Virus record (IMG/VR): IMGVR_UViG_3300046616_000348
Coordinates: 10,775 to 74,774 of that record
DNA: 64,000 nt
DNA from: a virus
Direction: 5' to 3' (one strand)
Shown here: positions 38,559-47,996 of the stretch, piece after piece
Numbering within the stretch: the stretch's first letter is position 1
Layout of the letters: every line of letters starts with the position of its first letter
Made by a program: the position numbers and the translations under genes
The notes under the pieces: generated by a model
What the model saw: the letters and a program-made list of their open reading frames with translations, nothing else
Databases searched by the model: none
What the model was told of the DNA's origin: nothing

Positions 38559-40684
38559 GCGAGGAGATCAACTTCGGCCCCATGATGGAGGGTGTCGCCC
38601 GCGAGCTGTGGGGCGCGCCGAATGACCATCACTCCAAGCCCGGCGTCGAGCTCCGGTGGGGCGATAGCGGCAAACGCTCCGTCGACCTGGAGAAGGGCAC
38701 CTGGTTCGACCACCGCACGAAGACCGGGGGCGGCGTCCTGTCCCTGATCAAGGCGGAACTCAGCCTCGAGGGCAATGACGCCTTCGAGTGGCTCAAGGCC
38801 AAGGGCTTCCCCATCCCCGAGCGGGATAGGCCCCAGCATCAGCAGCAGCAGAAGAAGGGCGGGCTCGGCGAGCTCGTCGCCCGGTTCAGCTACACCGACG
38901 AGAACGGCAAGGAGCTCTACGAGGTCTGCCGGTTCGAGAGCGGCGAGATCGACGCCGAGTCGGGCAAGCGGAAGAAGACATTCCGGCAGCGCCGCAAGGA
39001 GCCGGGTCACCCGGAGGCGAAGGGCGAGGGCTGGGTGTGGAACATCCGAGACGTCCGCCGCGTGCTTTACCGCCTGCCCGAGATCAAGGCTGCCATCGCT
39101 CGCGGCGAGCCGATCGTGTTCGTCGAGGGCGAGAAGGCGGTGAAGGCCGCCGTTTCCATCGGCCTCTGCGCAACCACCAACGCGATGGGCGCCGAGAAGT
39201 GGGAGGACGGCTTCACAGAGCTGCTCGCCGGCGCGGACCTGATCATTATCCCCGACAACGACGAGTCGGGCCGCAACCATGCGGACCTGGTCGCCTCGTC
39301 GGTGCGCGGTGTCGCCAAGCGCGTGCGCGTGATGGAGCTCCCCGTCCGGAAGGCGAAGGACGACATCCATGAGTGGGTGCAGCAGGGCGGTACGCGCGAT
39401 CAGTTCTTCGCGCTCGCCGACAAGGTGTCGGACTGGCGCCCGCGTCCCCCGCAGTCGCGCTTCGGCGCGGTTGAGTGGTCGCGCATGAACGAGCCCGGCC
39501 GCGAATACGAGCACCGCGTGAAGGGGCTGCTCGCAAAGTACGGCGTCGCGATCATCGGCGGCGAGTCGGGCTCCGGCAAATCGTTCCTCGCCACGGACCT
39601 GGGGTTCGCCATCGCCCGCGGCGCTGACTACGAGGGCCGCAAGGTCGAGAAGGGTCTCGCGATCTATCAGGCGGGCGAGGGCGGGCTTGGGCTGAAGAAG
39701 CGCATGCGCGCCTACCGGATCGAGCACAAGATCGAGGAGGACATCCCGTTCGTGCTGCTGCCGGGCGAGCTCGACCTCCACAACAACGACGACCACACCA
39801 ACAGCTTCATCGCCGAGTGCAAGGCCTGGCGGAACTACTACGGCATCGCGATCGGCGTGATCTTCATCGACACCTTCGCCACGGCCACGCCGGGTGCGAA
39901 CGAGAACGATGGCGGCGAGGTCAGCAAGATCCTGGCCCGCGCCTCGCGGATCGCCAAGGAGTGCGAGACCGTGGTGGTGATCGTCCACCACATGAACGCC
40001 GACGGGAAGAAGCTGCGCGGCCACACCTCGATCCGGGCGAACGTCGACAACGTGCTGCTCGTCTCCAAGCTCGACGTGAAGGACGCGAACGGTCGCTGGC
40101 AGCGCAAGGTGGAGCTGGTGAAGGACAAGGAGGGCGCCGACGGCGTCTCCTGGCACTTCGTGCTGAAGCAGATCGAGGTCGGCTACGACGCCGACGGCGA
40201 CATGGTCACCTCGTGCGTGGTGGATGCACCCGCGAAGGGCGGCCGCGAGCAGCAGGCGATGGAACGCCTCCGCCTGACCAACAACGACGAGCTGCTCTAC
40301 CGCAGCATCAAGACGGCGATCGACCAGCACGGCGTCAACCCGCCGCCTGGGCTGCAGCTGCCTCGGCAGGTGCAGAAGGTCGTGCCGTGGCCGGCGGTGT
40401 TCGCCGAGCTCATGCGCAAGTGGACCTACACCGATCAGCCGGACGCCAGCGCCGAGGAGAACGAGGCACGCCGCAAGGAGGTCGTCACCCGCGCGATCGC
40501 CCGCAGCGGCGACAAGCTGGTGAAGTTCGGGATGATCGACCGCGACATGACCCTAGGCATCGCCTGGGATTTGGGCCTGCCGAAGTGGGCCAAGGAAGTT
40601 GCACGCGTGCCTGACGAGGCCGAGGGCGCGGCAAAGGATGATGGGGCCGTCCAAGAGGAGATTATCAGTGACCTCGGTTTCTAA
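38555..40684 (+). CDS. Primase-helicase (Toprim plus AAA_25/RepA-type SF4 helicase)
   Basis: VEGEK, PDNDESG; GESGSGKS, IFIDT, VHH, RGHTS. Confidence 0.92.
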   Translation: MSEEINFGPMMEGVARELWGAPNDHHSKPGVELRWGDSGKRSVDLEKGTWFDHRTKTGGGVLSLIKAELSLEGNDAFEWLKAKGFPIPERDRPQHQQQQKKGGLGELVARFSYTDENGKELYEVCRFESGEIDAESGKRKKTFRQRRKEPGHPEAKGEGWVWNIRDVRRVLYRLPEIKAAIARGEPIVFVEGEKAVKAAVSIGLCATTNAMGAEKWEDGFTELLAGADLIIIPDNDESGRNHADLVASSVRGVAKRVRVMELPVRKAKDDIHEWVQQGGTRDQFFALADKVSDWRPRPPQSRFGAVEWSRMNEPGREYEHRVKGLLAKYGVAIIGGESGSGKSFLATDLGFAIARGADYEGRKVEKGLAIYQAGEGGLGLKKRMRAYRIEHKIEEDIPFVLLPGELDLHNNDDHTNSFIAECKAWRNYYGIAIGVIFIDTFATATPGANENDGGEVSKILARASRIAKECETVVVIVHHMNADGKKLRGHTSIRANVDNVLLVSKLDVKDANGRWQRKVELVKDKEGADGVSWHFVLKQIEVGYDADGDMVTSCVVDAPAKGGREQQAMERLRLTNNDELLYRSIKTAIDQHGVNPPPGLQLPRQVQKVVPWPAVFAELMRKWTYTDQPDASAEENEARRKEVVTRAIARSGDKLVKFGMIDRDMTLGIAWDLGLPKWAKEVARVPDEAEGAAKDDGAVQEEIISDLGF

Positions 40685-40997
40685 GATGCCGGAGCGGTAC
40701 AGCATCCGGGTGATCCCGCATAAGAAGTTCACCGACATGTTCGCGTGCCGGATCGACGTGCCCTTCGAGGGTGTCTTCTGGCTGGTCGATGCCGCCAACA
40801 ACGTGGACGTCTTCCCCTCCAGGGACGCGGCCCAGGCCGCAGCGGCGCGCGCACTGCTGCCGATCCTGAACCGGCGCGTCACGCTCCCGAGCAAGGCGTG
40901 GAAGAAGCCCGAGCAGGTGGCGAAGAAAATCGCGCAGCATGGACGCCCCGACATCGAGTTCGGGTTCTTCGGAGCGCTCCGCGATGCCGCACTCTGA
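40668..40997 (+). CDS. Hypothetical protein, similar to the N-domain of 42466-42951
   Basis: GAGGAG SD before GTG 40668; VFPSRDAAQAAAARALLPILN. Confidence 0.65.
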   Translation: MTSVSKMPERYSIRVIPHKKFTDMFACRIDVPFEGVFWLVDAANNVDVFPSRDAAQAAAARALLPILNRRVTLPSKAWKKPEQVAKKIAQHGRPDIEFGFFGALRDAAL

Positions 40998-41274
40998 GGG
41001 CATGAAGTACGTGGTCTATGTCCTTTGGCTCAAAGGGCATTCCCTGACCACCATCGGGCACTGGACCAAGCTGCGCGAGAAGCAGCTGGCCGGCATCATC
41101 ACCCGCTCGCCCTGGCCCAACCGGTCGGACATGACCGACGCTGCGCGGGGTGCCGCGCTGGTTGAGCTGCAAGCGATCCGCAAAGGCGCAGACGGTCTCG
41201 CTCTCGACGGCGGCATGTTCGACCGCATCGACTGGACCCCGCTGCCACTCACGAGGGATCAAGTCCGTGGCTGA
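40984..41274 (+). CDS. HTH-like protein
   Basis: LWLKGHSLTTIG...QLAGII. Confidence 0.6.
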   Translation: MPHSEGMKYVVYVLWLKGHSLTTIGHWTKLREKQLAGIITRSPWPNRSDMTDAARGAALVELQAIRKGADGLALDGGMFDRIDWTPLPLTRDQVRG

Positions 41275-41971
41275 CGAAGATAGCATCGCCAACCGTCTGA
41301 AGGCGCTCCGCGAGGGGCGCGAGGGTTCGCCCGTCGTGCCGGTTACGGGGCGCGAGCAGGGCAACCTGCGCGCCTCGCTCCCAGGCATGGACGGCCGCAC
41401 CGCGAGGATCCGCGCCATCTCCGAGAAGGTCCGGCAGATCACCCCGTTCGAGGCGACCGGCGCTCCGTTCGAGAACCTGCTGTTCACCGACCAGCTGGCG
41501 CGCAAGGGCGAGGACAAGGAGCTCGCGATGCTGCGTGCAGAAGCCGGCTTCCGGTTCCGCGACGACGTCGAGCGGGCCCAGCTCTCGGCGCTGTCGGCCA
41601 AGCCGATCAGCGACAGCGGTGGCGGTGGGGGCGGCAGCCGCAGCACGGTTGCGGACATGAAGATCTACGCCATGCAGTCGCTCGGCCGCCTCCGGGAGCA
41701 CATGCCCTGGGAGACCTACAACCTGCTCGAGGCGTTCCTGATCAACGATCAGTGGCTGCTCGAGGCGCCGAAGCCCACGCGGAAGGCGAAGAGCGGGGCC
41801 GAGCGTCGCCGGCAGAAGAAAAAGGCGGAGGCACATCGGGAGCTCATGCTCAACCGGGTGCTCTGTGGGTTGGACACGCTGGGGGTCCACTACGATCTGA
41901 TGCGCTACCCCGAGTTCCAGGGGCGATGGCCCGGCGCAAGGTACGGACGAATTAAGAAGGGCGGGGAGTGA
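41267..41971 (+). CDS. Putative late transcription regulator (Q-position, DUF6456-like)
   Basis: Last gene of the replication operon; AGFRFRDD, LCGLDTLGVHY. Confidence 0.55.
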   Translation: MADEDSIANRLKALREGREGSPVVPVTGREQGNLRASLPGMDGRTARIRAISEKVRQITPFEATGAPFENLLFTDQLARKGEDKELAMLRAEAGFRFRDDVERAQLSALSAKPISDSGGGGGGSRSTVADMKIYAMQSLGRLREHMPWETYNLLEAFLINDQWLLEAPKPTRKAKSGAERRRQKKKAEAHRELMLNRVLCGLDTLGVHYDLMRYPEFQGRWPGARYGRIKKGGE

Positions 41972-41988
41972 TCCCCGCCCTTTCGTTT
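41957..41988. terminator. Terminator between convergent operons
   Basis: AAGGGCGGGGA-gtga-TCCCCGCCCTT then TCGTTT. Confidence 0.75.
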
Positions 41989-42214
41989 ATGCCGGCGGAA
42001 CGAGCCGCTCGCCCTTGACCAGGTCGACGTCGTCGAGGGGCAGGTCGCCCCCGGGCAGCCACCAGAGGCGGCCGTCGTACTCCCCGGGCTGCCAGTCGCC
42101 GCCGGTACTGAGATGCACCCAGTAGAAGCCGGGCTCCCGGACGGGCGGCAGGAGTTCGCCCCGCCTCGCTGCACTCCGGCTGGCGAGGCGGCGTTCATGA
42201 CGCAGAGGCTTCAA
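41987..42214 (-). CDS. Small hypothetical protein
   Basis: REPGFYWV...WWLPG phage motif. Confidence 0.6.
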   Translation of the reverse strand: MKPLRHERRLASRSAARRGELLPPVREPGFYWVHLSTGGDWQPGEYDGRLWWLPGGDLPLDDVDLVKGERLVPPA

Positions 42215-42466
42215 CTATGCCGCCTCTTTGGTCAGTTCGATCAGGCGGCGGGTCTTAAGGAGCTGGCCGTCCGTCTCCTCCGACCAGGGCTCCAGGCCAG
42301 CGCGGAGCGCGGCCATCGCCAGCAGCTCCGTCTTGGACAGGTCGTCCTTGTCGATGATCCGGACCTTCACGGTGTTGTAGGACTTGACGCCGATCGCCTC
42401 GCCGGCGGCCGACACCTGCTTGCCGTTGAAGCCCATACGCTCCATCCAGGTTTTGAACCTGCTCAT
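42215..42466 (-). CDS. HTH protein
   Basis: FKTWMERMGFN...AAGEAIGV. Confidence 0.7.
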   Translation of the reverse strand: MSRFKTWMERMGFNGKQVSAAGEAIGVKSYNTVKVRIIDKDDLSKTELLAMAALRAGLEPWSEETDGQLLKTRRLIELTKEAA

Positions 42467-42951
42467 CAGCGTGTCCTCTCGGTTTCGGCGGCGGCGGTGA
42501 TCCGCTCCGCCCGCTCAATGTTCTCCGCGTCGTCCTTGCACAGGCCCACGATGATGCGGACCATGTGCGGGACGTCGTGGGTGCCGTCGAGCCACCCCAT
42601 CACCCGGTTCGAGTGGACCATGTAGGCCAGCTCGGTGGGGGTGATGTCGGCGGCGTCGAGGGCGGCGGACAATTCCGCCGCGCTCATCTTCTCGACCCGG
42701 TCCTGGCCCATGCGCATCTCGAGCCGGGCGTTGAGCACCGCCTCGAGCGCCTGGTAGGCGGCGAGCTGGGCCGCGTCCTCTGACGGGAAGACCTGCGGCT
42801 TGCTCGAGCCGACCAGGTCGGGCACGAGGCCCGGCGCCGAGAACTGGCCGTAGAACCCTCGGCCGTCGGATGTCGGCTTAGCCTTGGCGAAAAACTTGCT
42901 GGAGGGTTTCAATTTCTGCGGCTTCTGGAAGTGAAGGTTCACCACATACAC
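42466..42951 (-). CDS. Two-domain protein: FPSxDAA domain plus C-terminal XRE-like HTH
   Basis: MSAAELSAAL...ELAYMV...VMGWLDGTHDVP. Confidence 0.7.
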   Translation of the reverse strand: MYVVNLHFQKPQKLKPSSKFFAKAKPTSDGRGFYGQFSAPGLVPDLVGSSKPQVFPSEDAAQLAAYQALEAVLNARLEMRMGQDRVEKMSAAELSAALDAADITPTELAYMVHSNRVMGWLDGTHDVPHMVRIIVGLCKDDAENIERAERITAAAETERTR

Positions 42952-43605
42952 CTATTCTTGAGCGATTGCGATAGAGCCGGTCGCGGCGAACCGGGTCAGC
43001 GCCGGCAGCAAGTCGCGGACCATGTCCTGGGTGAGGTGCGAGCGGGTCGTCTCCTGGTCGCCCAGCCAGACGCACGCCTCGGTGGCGAGAGAGCTGTCCT
43101 GCAGGGTGCACTTCCGGTCGTACCGGTCCTGGAACTCGATGATGGGGAAGCCGCGGGCGGTGTGCTTGACCTCGAGCTCGAAGGCTACCCGGGTCGACGC
43201 GGTCTGCACCTCGACGGGCACCGAGAGCTTGTTCGCCAGCTCCCGGGCCTCGTCGGCGGTGATCATTTCGCGCTTACCTTCCACGATCTTCCGCAGCACG
43301 CCCTCGACGGTCGCCATGCGATTGACCAGGCCGGCCACCCAATCGGGCAGGGTGACCGCCTCCGGGATCTCCAGCCGGTGCGATGTGATGCTGTAGCTGT
43401 CCATGTAGCCCACGGTGCCCGAGAGCTTGTCGTGAGCCTCGTCAGCGCCGGGGAACTCGCCTTCGCCCCACCTTTCCCAGTCGATCCGCAGCAGCCCTTC
43501 GCGGGCGGCCAGGGCGTCGTCTCGGGTCAGGAAGGCGTCGGTGATCAGGCCTTCGTCACAGTCGGCTGCGAGGGTCCAGAAGGTAAACTGCATTTCTATC
43601 TCCAA
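42952..43605 (-). CDS. Hypothetical early protein
   Basis: C-terminal TARGF...DRY...LQDSSLA...VWLG phage domain. Confidence 0.7.
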   Translation of the reverse strand: MEIEMQFTFWTLAADCDEGLITDAFLTRDDALAAREGLLRIDWERWGEGEFPGADEAHDKLSGTVGYMDSYSITSHRLEIPEAVTLPDWVAGLVNRMATVEGVLRKIVEGKREMITADEARELANKLSVPVEVQTASTRVAFELEVKHTARGFPIIEFQDRYDRKCTLQDSSLATEACVWLGDQETTRSHLTQDMVRDLLPALTRFAATGSIAIAQE

Positions 43606-43609
43606 AGGT

Positions 43610-44395
43610 TCACGATTGAGGGGCAGTCGACGGGGGCAGCGCGAGCTGCCCGCCGTTGGTCAGGGCGTATTGCAGGTTGGCTTCGGTATCGCCGAAGAAG
43701 TCGAGCATCAGGTAGCCGAGGGTGGTCAGGCGCTCGACCGTCTGCCGGAGGAACTCCTCCTTCTCGGCTGTCCACTCGAGGAGGCGGTTCTCGATTTTCT
43801 GCCGGGCCTCCGGGCTTTTCACATGCAGGAACGGGTTCTCGACGTACTGCATGCGCGGCTCCATCAGGTGGCCGCCGACCTTGCGGTAGAGCACGTCGCC
43901 GGCGCGCCAGAGGATCTCGTAGTTGAGATGGACGGCGGGCGATCCGACGAAGCTGATGTCGCTTGCGGTCACCCAGTGGCCGCCGCCGCGGGCAGGGGCG
44001 TGCTGCTTGCCTGCGGCGTGGCGCTCGTGGCTGTAGGGCAGGTTGGCGGCGAAGGTGACCTTGATCACCTTTCGGGCGGTCAGGTCGGTCAGGTGCTGGA
44101 AATACTGCAGCAGCACCTGCTTGTAGCCATCGACCACATGGTCGACGATCTTGCCGCTGATGCTGTCGCCGGAGTTGGACAGCCGGATTTGCATGAAGCT
44201 GCTCTTGGTGTGGCGTCCCTCTCTGAAGAGGGGAAGGTTCTCTACCACCTGCCTCATATGCTCGGGCAGATAGGCCCAGAACTGGTCGTCCTTGAAGTAG
44301 ACCTTCACCGACACCGGGACGTGGCCCATGTCCTCCTGTGGCTCGTGGGTGGTGAAGGTTTTGACCTGCTGGCCCTTGGTTTCGCGCTTTGCCAT
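43610..44395 (-). CDS. Hypothetical early protein
   Basis: AGGAGG SD; 261 aa. Confidence 0.75.
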   Translation of the reverse strand: MAKRETKGQQVKTFTTHEPQEDMGHVPVSVKVYFKDDQFWAYLPEHMRQVVENLPLFREGRHTKSSFMQIRLSNSGDSISGKIVDHVVDGYKQVLLQYFQHLTDLTARKVIKVTFAANLPYSHERHAAGKQHAPARGGGHWVTASDISFVGSPAVHLNYEILWRAGDVLYRKVGGHLMEPRMQYVENPFLHVKSPEARQKIENRLLEWTAEKEEFLRQTVERLTTLGYLMLDFFGDTEANLQYALTNGGQLALPPSTAPQS

Positions 44396-44404
44396 TGCGG
44401 CCTC

Positions 44405-44635
44405 CTAGTTGAGCTGGGCCAGGGATTTGAGCATCCCTCGGGCGAACTTCCGGAACTCCTCCGGGTCCGCGAAGATCGTGGTGCCGCCGGTCGGGCCGGA
44501 TGTCGCCAGGAAGAACGTCCCGTCCTCCTTGTGCCGGCAGAGGGAGGTCTGGGTGTCGGCGGTGTGGATCGAGGTGAGGATCTCGATCGCGACCTTGCCT
44601 TCTTCGGCGCCGGTGTCGTTGCGGTTCTCGTTCAT
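44405..44635 (-). CDS. Hypothetical early protein
   Basis: AGGAGA SD. Confidence 0.7.
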   Translation of the reverse strand: MNENRNDTGAEEGKVAIEILTSIHTADTQTSLCRHKEDGTFFLATSGPTGGTTIFADPEEFRKFARGMLKSLAQLN

Positions 44636-44643
44636 GCTGTCTC

Positions 44644-44913
44644 CTAGAAGGTCTGGAAGCCGCGAAGGGCGTTGCGGTCTGGCTCGATGGGGTAGCCCTC
44701 CTCGTCGATGCGGGTGACGGAGAGGACGGGGCTGTCGGCGTTGCGGTTCACGAGGGTGACGACGTGCAAGGCGTCGTGCTCATCGCGGAAGTCGTCGGAG
44801 ACGGTCTTGCCGTTCGCGTCGACGATGGAGTGGGCGACTACCTCGGTGCTGCCGTCGGATTGCCGACGACAGACCACCAGGAGCCGCCACGGGGTGGGGC
44901 TGATCGCGGGCAT
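44644..44913 (-). CDS. Hypothetical early protein
   Basis: TGATG-coupled; MPAISPTPW. Confidence 0.65.
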   Translation of the reverse strand: MPAISPTPWRLLVVCRRQSDGSTEVVAHSIVDANGKTVSDDFRDEHDALHVVTLVNRNADSPVLSVTRIDEEGYPIEPDRNALRGFQTF

Positions 44914-45572
44914 CAGGCAGCCTTCATCGCTGCCTCGATGAGGCCGGCGATGTCGGGAGCGGTCCAGCCGTCGGGCTTCAAGATCTTGCCGTCCGGCCGC
45001 CGGCGCACCTTGCCGGTGGTCGGGTCGACCTTCGCCATGTTGCTGCGCTGGATCAGGCGCCACGCCTTGGCGAGGGGCAGGCCGTAGACGATGGCCGCCT
45101 GAACCGCGACGTAGACCAGGTCGCCCAGGCCGTCGGTCGCCTCGACGGGGTCGCCGGCGTCGATCGCCTCGATAGTCTCCTTGTGCTCCTCATTGATCAG
45201 GTCTTTGCGGAGCGGCGAGCGGGCCGGGTCGATAAACGGGACCATCGAGAACGGCGTGTCCGTGGCCTTGGTGAAGGCCAGCACGTCCTTGACCAGGAGG
45301 TCCATGCCGTTCGGACCTTCGGCGACGAGCTCGACGTCGTCGGACATGTGGATGTTGGTGCTCTCGGGGAAGAAGCCGAAGCCGTTCCCGATGCCGTAGT
45401 CGATGACGATGGCGGTGTTCACCGCTGGCGCCGGGGTGCCGGCGAAGGCGACCATGAAGGTGTCGGTGACGCCGTTGTTGTGGCGGCTCGTCTCCCAGAG
45501 GATCCGCTTCTGGATGCCGAGGTCTTCCAGCGCATGGAAAAAGGCGGCGATCTGCGGGTTGGCTGCACGCAT
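44913..45572 (-). CDS. MazG/PRA-PH-like NTP pyrophosphohydrolase with extra N-terminal domain
   Basis: Start 45572; LINEEHKE, DGLGDLVYV, SNMAK, RPDGKILKPDGW. Confidence 0.85.
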   Translation of the reverse strand: MRAANPQIAAFFHALEDLGIQKRILWETSRHNNGVTDTFMVAFAGTPAPAVNTAIVIDYGIGNGFGFFPESTNIHMSDDVELVAEGPNGMDLLVKDVLAFTKATDTPFSMVPFIDPARSPLRKDLINEEHKETIEAIDAGDPVEATDGLGDLVYVAVQAAIVYGLPLAKAWRLIQRSNMAKVDPTTGKVRRRPDGKILKPDGWTAPDIAGLIEAAMKAA

Positions 45573-45600
45573 TGGGTAGTCTCCAGTGATGTGTTGGGGG

Positions 45601-45861
45601 TCAGTTCGAGGGCTGCGCTGGTTCGATCCAGCACCCCGCCCAGGTGGGGTCATTCTCGGGACGGAAGTCGTAGAGCTGCACCTGGTTGTCCCACTCATCC
45701 AGGTCCGGGTTGTAGCGCCTGAGTTTCACCCAGACGCCGTCGTCGTTGATCTCGCTGATGCGCCCTATCGTGTCCTTCGGGATGGTGCCGATCATCGACC
45801 AGTTGAGGTCGAAGTCTCGGAAGAAGCGCACCCACACCCCCACGGTCAGGGGACGGGGCAT
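45601..45861 (-). CDS. Hypothetical early protein
   Basis: TGATG-coupled start at 45861. Confidence 0.6.
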   Translation of the reverse strand: MPRPLTVGVWVRFFRDFDLNWSMIGTIPKDTIGRISEINDDGVWVKLRRYNPDLDEWDNQVQLYDFRPENDPTWAGCWIEPAQPSN

Positions 45862-46397
45862 CAGGAGAACAGGTCTCGCTTGCACACCCACGGCGTCGCC
45901 TTCGCGATCTTGAAGGCGACCCCGCCGATGAGGGGCTTCAGGTCTTCCTGCAGGTGATCGGGGCACCACGTCCGCATCAGGATGCGACCGTCGCTCCACA
46001 TGGCGTAGAGGTGCATGGGCTCCCACAGCGTGCCATGCCGGCCCACGAAGACGAGCCAGGCCAGGCCGTCGCCCTCGAACATCAGAGCGGGGGCGTTGGC
46101 CCAGATGGTGCCGGTGACGGGCCACAGCGGGGGCTTGTCGGTGATCCCCTTGATGCTGAAGAACGCCTTGAACGCGGCCCAATGGCGCTCCAGCTCCGGG
46201 TGCCTCATCGTGCTGAACTCGAAGGCGTAGGTGCCGAGGCCGAGGAGGTTCTTGCTGTTGAAGTCCCCGGAGGCGAGGCGCCGGAAGTCGCCGGCGCTGG
46301 CCTTCCGGAACCGTTCGGCGGGACCGGGGCCCCACCGGCTCTTGAAGTTCACCCCGCCCGTTTTGGCCTGCTCGTATGGGTAGAGGTCAGGGTGCAT
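45861..46397 (-). CDS. Hypothetical early protein
   Basis: Overlap-coupled ORF. Confidence 0.7.
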   Translation of the reverse strand: MHPDLYPYEQAKTGGVNFKSRWGPGPAERFRKASAGDFRRLASGDFNSKNLLGLGTYAFEFSTMRHPELERHWAAFKAFFSIKGITDKPPLWPVTGTIWANAPALMFEGDGLAWLVFVGRHGTLWEPMHLYAMWSDGRILMRTWCPDHLQEDLKPLIGGVAFKIAKATPWVCKRDLFS

Positions 46398-46788
46398 TCG
46401 CGATCCTGATGTCGAGCATGGCTTTGGCGAGCAGGTCGATCGCCGCGTCGATCGCCACCTGCATTTCGGGCGCGGTGTCGCCGGGGATGCCGCTCATGAT
46501 CGCGGCGGCCGCCTCGTCGAAGTGGTGCTGCACCACGGCGCGGACGCCATCGTAGGTGGCGACGATCGGCTCCGGCGGGGTGGGGACGGCCTCACCCTCG
46601 TAGGCGGCGTTCTCGCCCAGCCAAAGACCGGTGACGCGGTTCGGGCCGGCGCTCTCGTAGTCGAAGCGCTCGCCGCTCCAGTCGTCGATCTCGATCGCCT
46701 TTTCGCAGGCCTCAGCGGGGCTGTCGGCCTCGATGGTGCGGTGCACGAACACGGGCAGGTCGTAGGAAATCTCTGCGGTGTATTTCAT
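46387..46788 (-). CDS. Early protein with DpnD/PcfM-like N-domain
   Basis: MKYTAEISY...TIEADSPAEACEKA. Confidence 0.7.
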   Translation of the reverse strand: MKYTAEISYDLPVFVHRTIEADSPAEACEKAIEIDDWSGERFDYESAGPNRVTGLWLGENAAYEGEAVPTPPEPIVATYDGVRAVVQHHFDEAAAAIMSGIPGDTAPEMQVAIDAAIDLLAKAMLDIRIANAP

Positions 46789-46790
46789 GG

Positions 46791-47225
46791 TCAGGCCCCT
46801 TCTTCTTCGGCGGCGTTCATGGTCACGACGATGCCCAGGAGTTCGTTGATGGCCTCCGGGGAGTTGTCGATCGAGCGGGCGATGACATTGCCGTCGCGGA
46901 CGGTGTCGACGATGACGTAGGTGTCGCCGTGGTCGCGCTGGTAGGGCAGCACCTCGTACCGAGCCCGCGGCTCCGGTTCCGGCAAGTTCATTACCGCATC
47001 ATTGGGGTCGGTGGCGGTGAGCAGCTCCTGCACCTCGCAGGCGAACTGCCAGGCCTTCTGGCTGCGAGGATCCTGTTCCTCGTAGAACTTGTGGCCCTCG
47101 GGCACCTCGTAGCCGGTGCCGATGTAGCTCATGGCGAGGCGGGCCAGGACGTTGGTCTGGGCGACGATCTCTTCGTCGGTACGCGGCCGGGCGAGCTCGA
47201 GCAGCGTGGTTGAGATGGGCAACAT
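46791..47225 (-). CDS. Hypothetical early protein
   Basis: Start at 47225 after hairpin-SD element. Confidence 0.7.
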   Translation of the reverse strand: MLPISTTLLELARPRTDEEIVAQTNVLARLAMSYIGTGYEVPEGHKFYEEQDPRSQKAWQFACEVQELLTATDPNDAVMNLPEPEPRARYEVLPYQRDHGDTYVIVDTVRDGNVIARSIDNSPEAINELLGIVVTMNAAEEEGA

Positions 47226-47233
47226 GTTGTCTC

Positions 47234-47521
47234 CTAGGTGCAACTTTTTGCGGGGTCATTGGCGGCCGCGACGATGCGGCGGTGGCGCAGCAGCGCGGCC
47301 ATAAGGGCGTGCTGGAGTTGGGTGGGCAGGATGACGCGGTGGGGAAAGTCGGGCGATCGCCGCTTGTCCATCTTCACCCCCTGCCAGAGCGGGGTGTCGT
47401 TCCAGTGGATCAGCACCCACTCTCGGGTGAGGTTGTGCTGGTCCACGAAGTAGTACCGGATGCACATCGTCTCATCGAGGCGCCGGCTATACCGGAAGGT
47501 GCGGGCGGAGATGGTGACCAT
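47234..47521 (-). CDS. TISARTF paralog A
   Basis: MVTISARTF; similar to 49538-49816. Confidence 0.65.
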   Translation of the reverse strand: MVTISARTFRYSRRLDETMCIRYYFVDQHNLTREWVLIHWNDTPLWQGVKMDKRRSPDFPHRVILPTQLQHALMAALLRHRRIVAAANDPAKSCT

Positions 47522-47766
47522 CAGAAGTCCAGCTGCCGGCTCGGCAGGGTGTGGAGCTTGATGGCGAGATGGGCATTGCCCACGGTCTCGTCGTCACCGA
47601 AGGCCTCGCCGAACATGCGGCGGGCCTCCTCGGGGGTGGAGAAGTAGCCGTACCACTCCTCCCGCGCCTCCCCGCCGACGTCGACGTCGTAGATCACGAT
47701 GTAGGTGGGGCGGATAAGGTGGCGCATGGTCTGCCGGAGTGCGGCCAGCAAGATCTTGAGCTTCAT
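47521..47766 (-). CDS. Hypothetical early protein
   Basis: Coupled ORF. Confidence 0.65.
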   Translation of the reverse strand: MKLKILLAALRQTMRHLIRPTYIVIYDVDVGGEAREEWYGYFSTPEEARRMFGEAFGDDETVGNAHLAIKLHTLPSRQLDF

Positions 47767-47996
47767 GTCGGTGTCCTATTGGTGGGGATGTAGCCATCGC
47801 GAATTGCGGCGGCGATGGCAGCGCAGGTCTTCGCCCAGCTCGCCGGCTTCGATCCGAAAGCCTTCGTCAACCTGTAGCCATCGGGCTCGAGGTCGAGGTC
47901 GAAGCTCTGCGGTGCGGAAGCGGGGAATGGGCGGTAGATTAGGCGGAGGCCAGCGGGCATGCGCCCGCCGACCACCTTGAAGTGCGACGCCCTCAT
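47763..47996 (-). CDS. Small protein sharing the AAAIRDG C-terminus with 49538-49816
   Basis: ATGA-coupled; AIAAAIRDGYIP. Confidence 0.6.
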   Translation of the reverse strand: MRASHFKVVGGRMPAGLRLIYRPFPASAPQSFDLDLEPDGYRLTKAFGSKPASWAKTCAAIAAAIRDGYIPTNRTPT

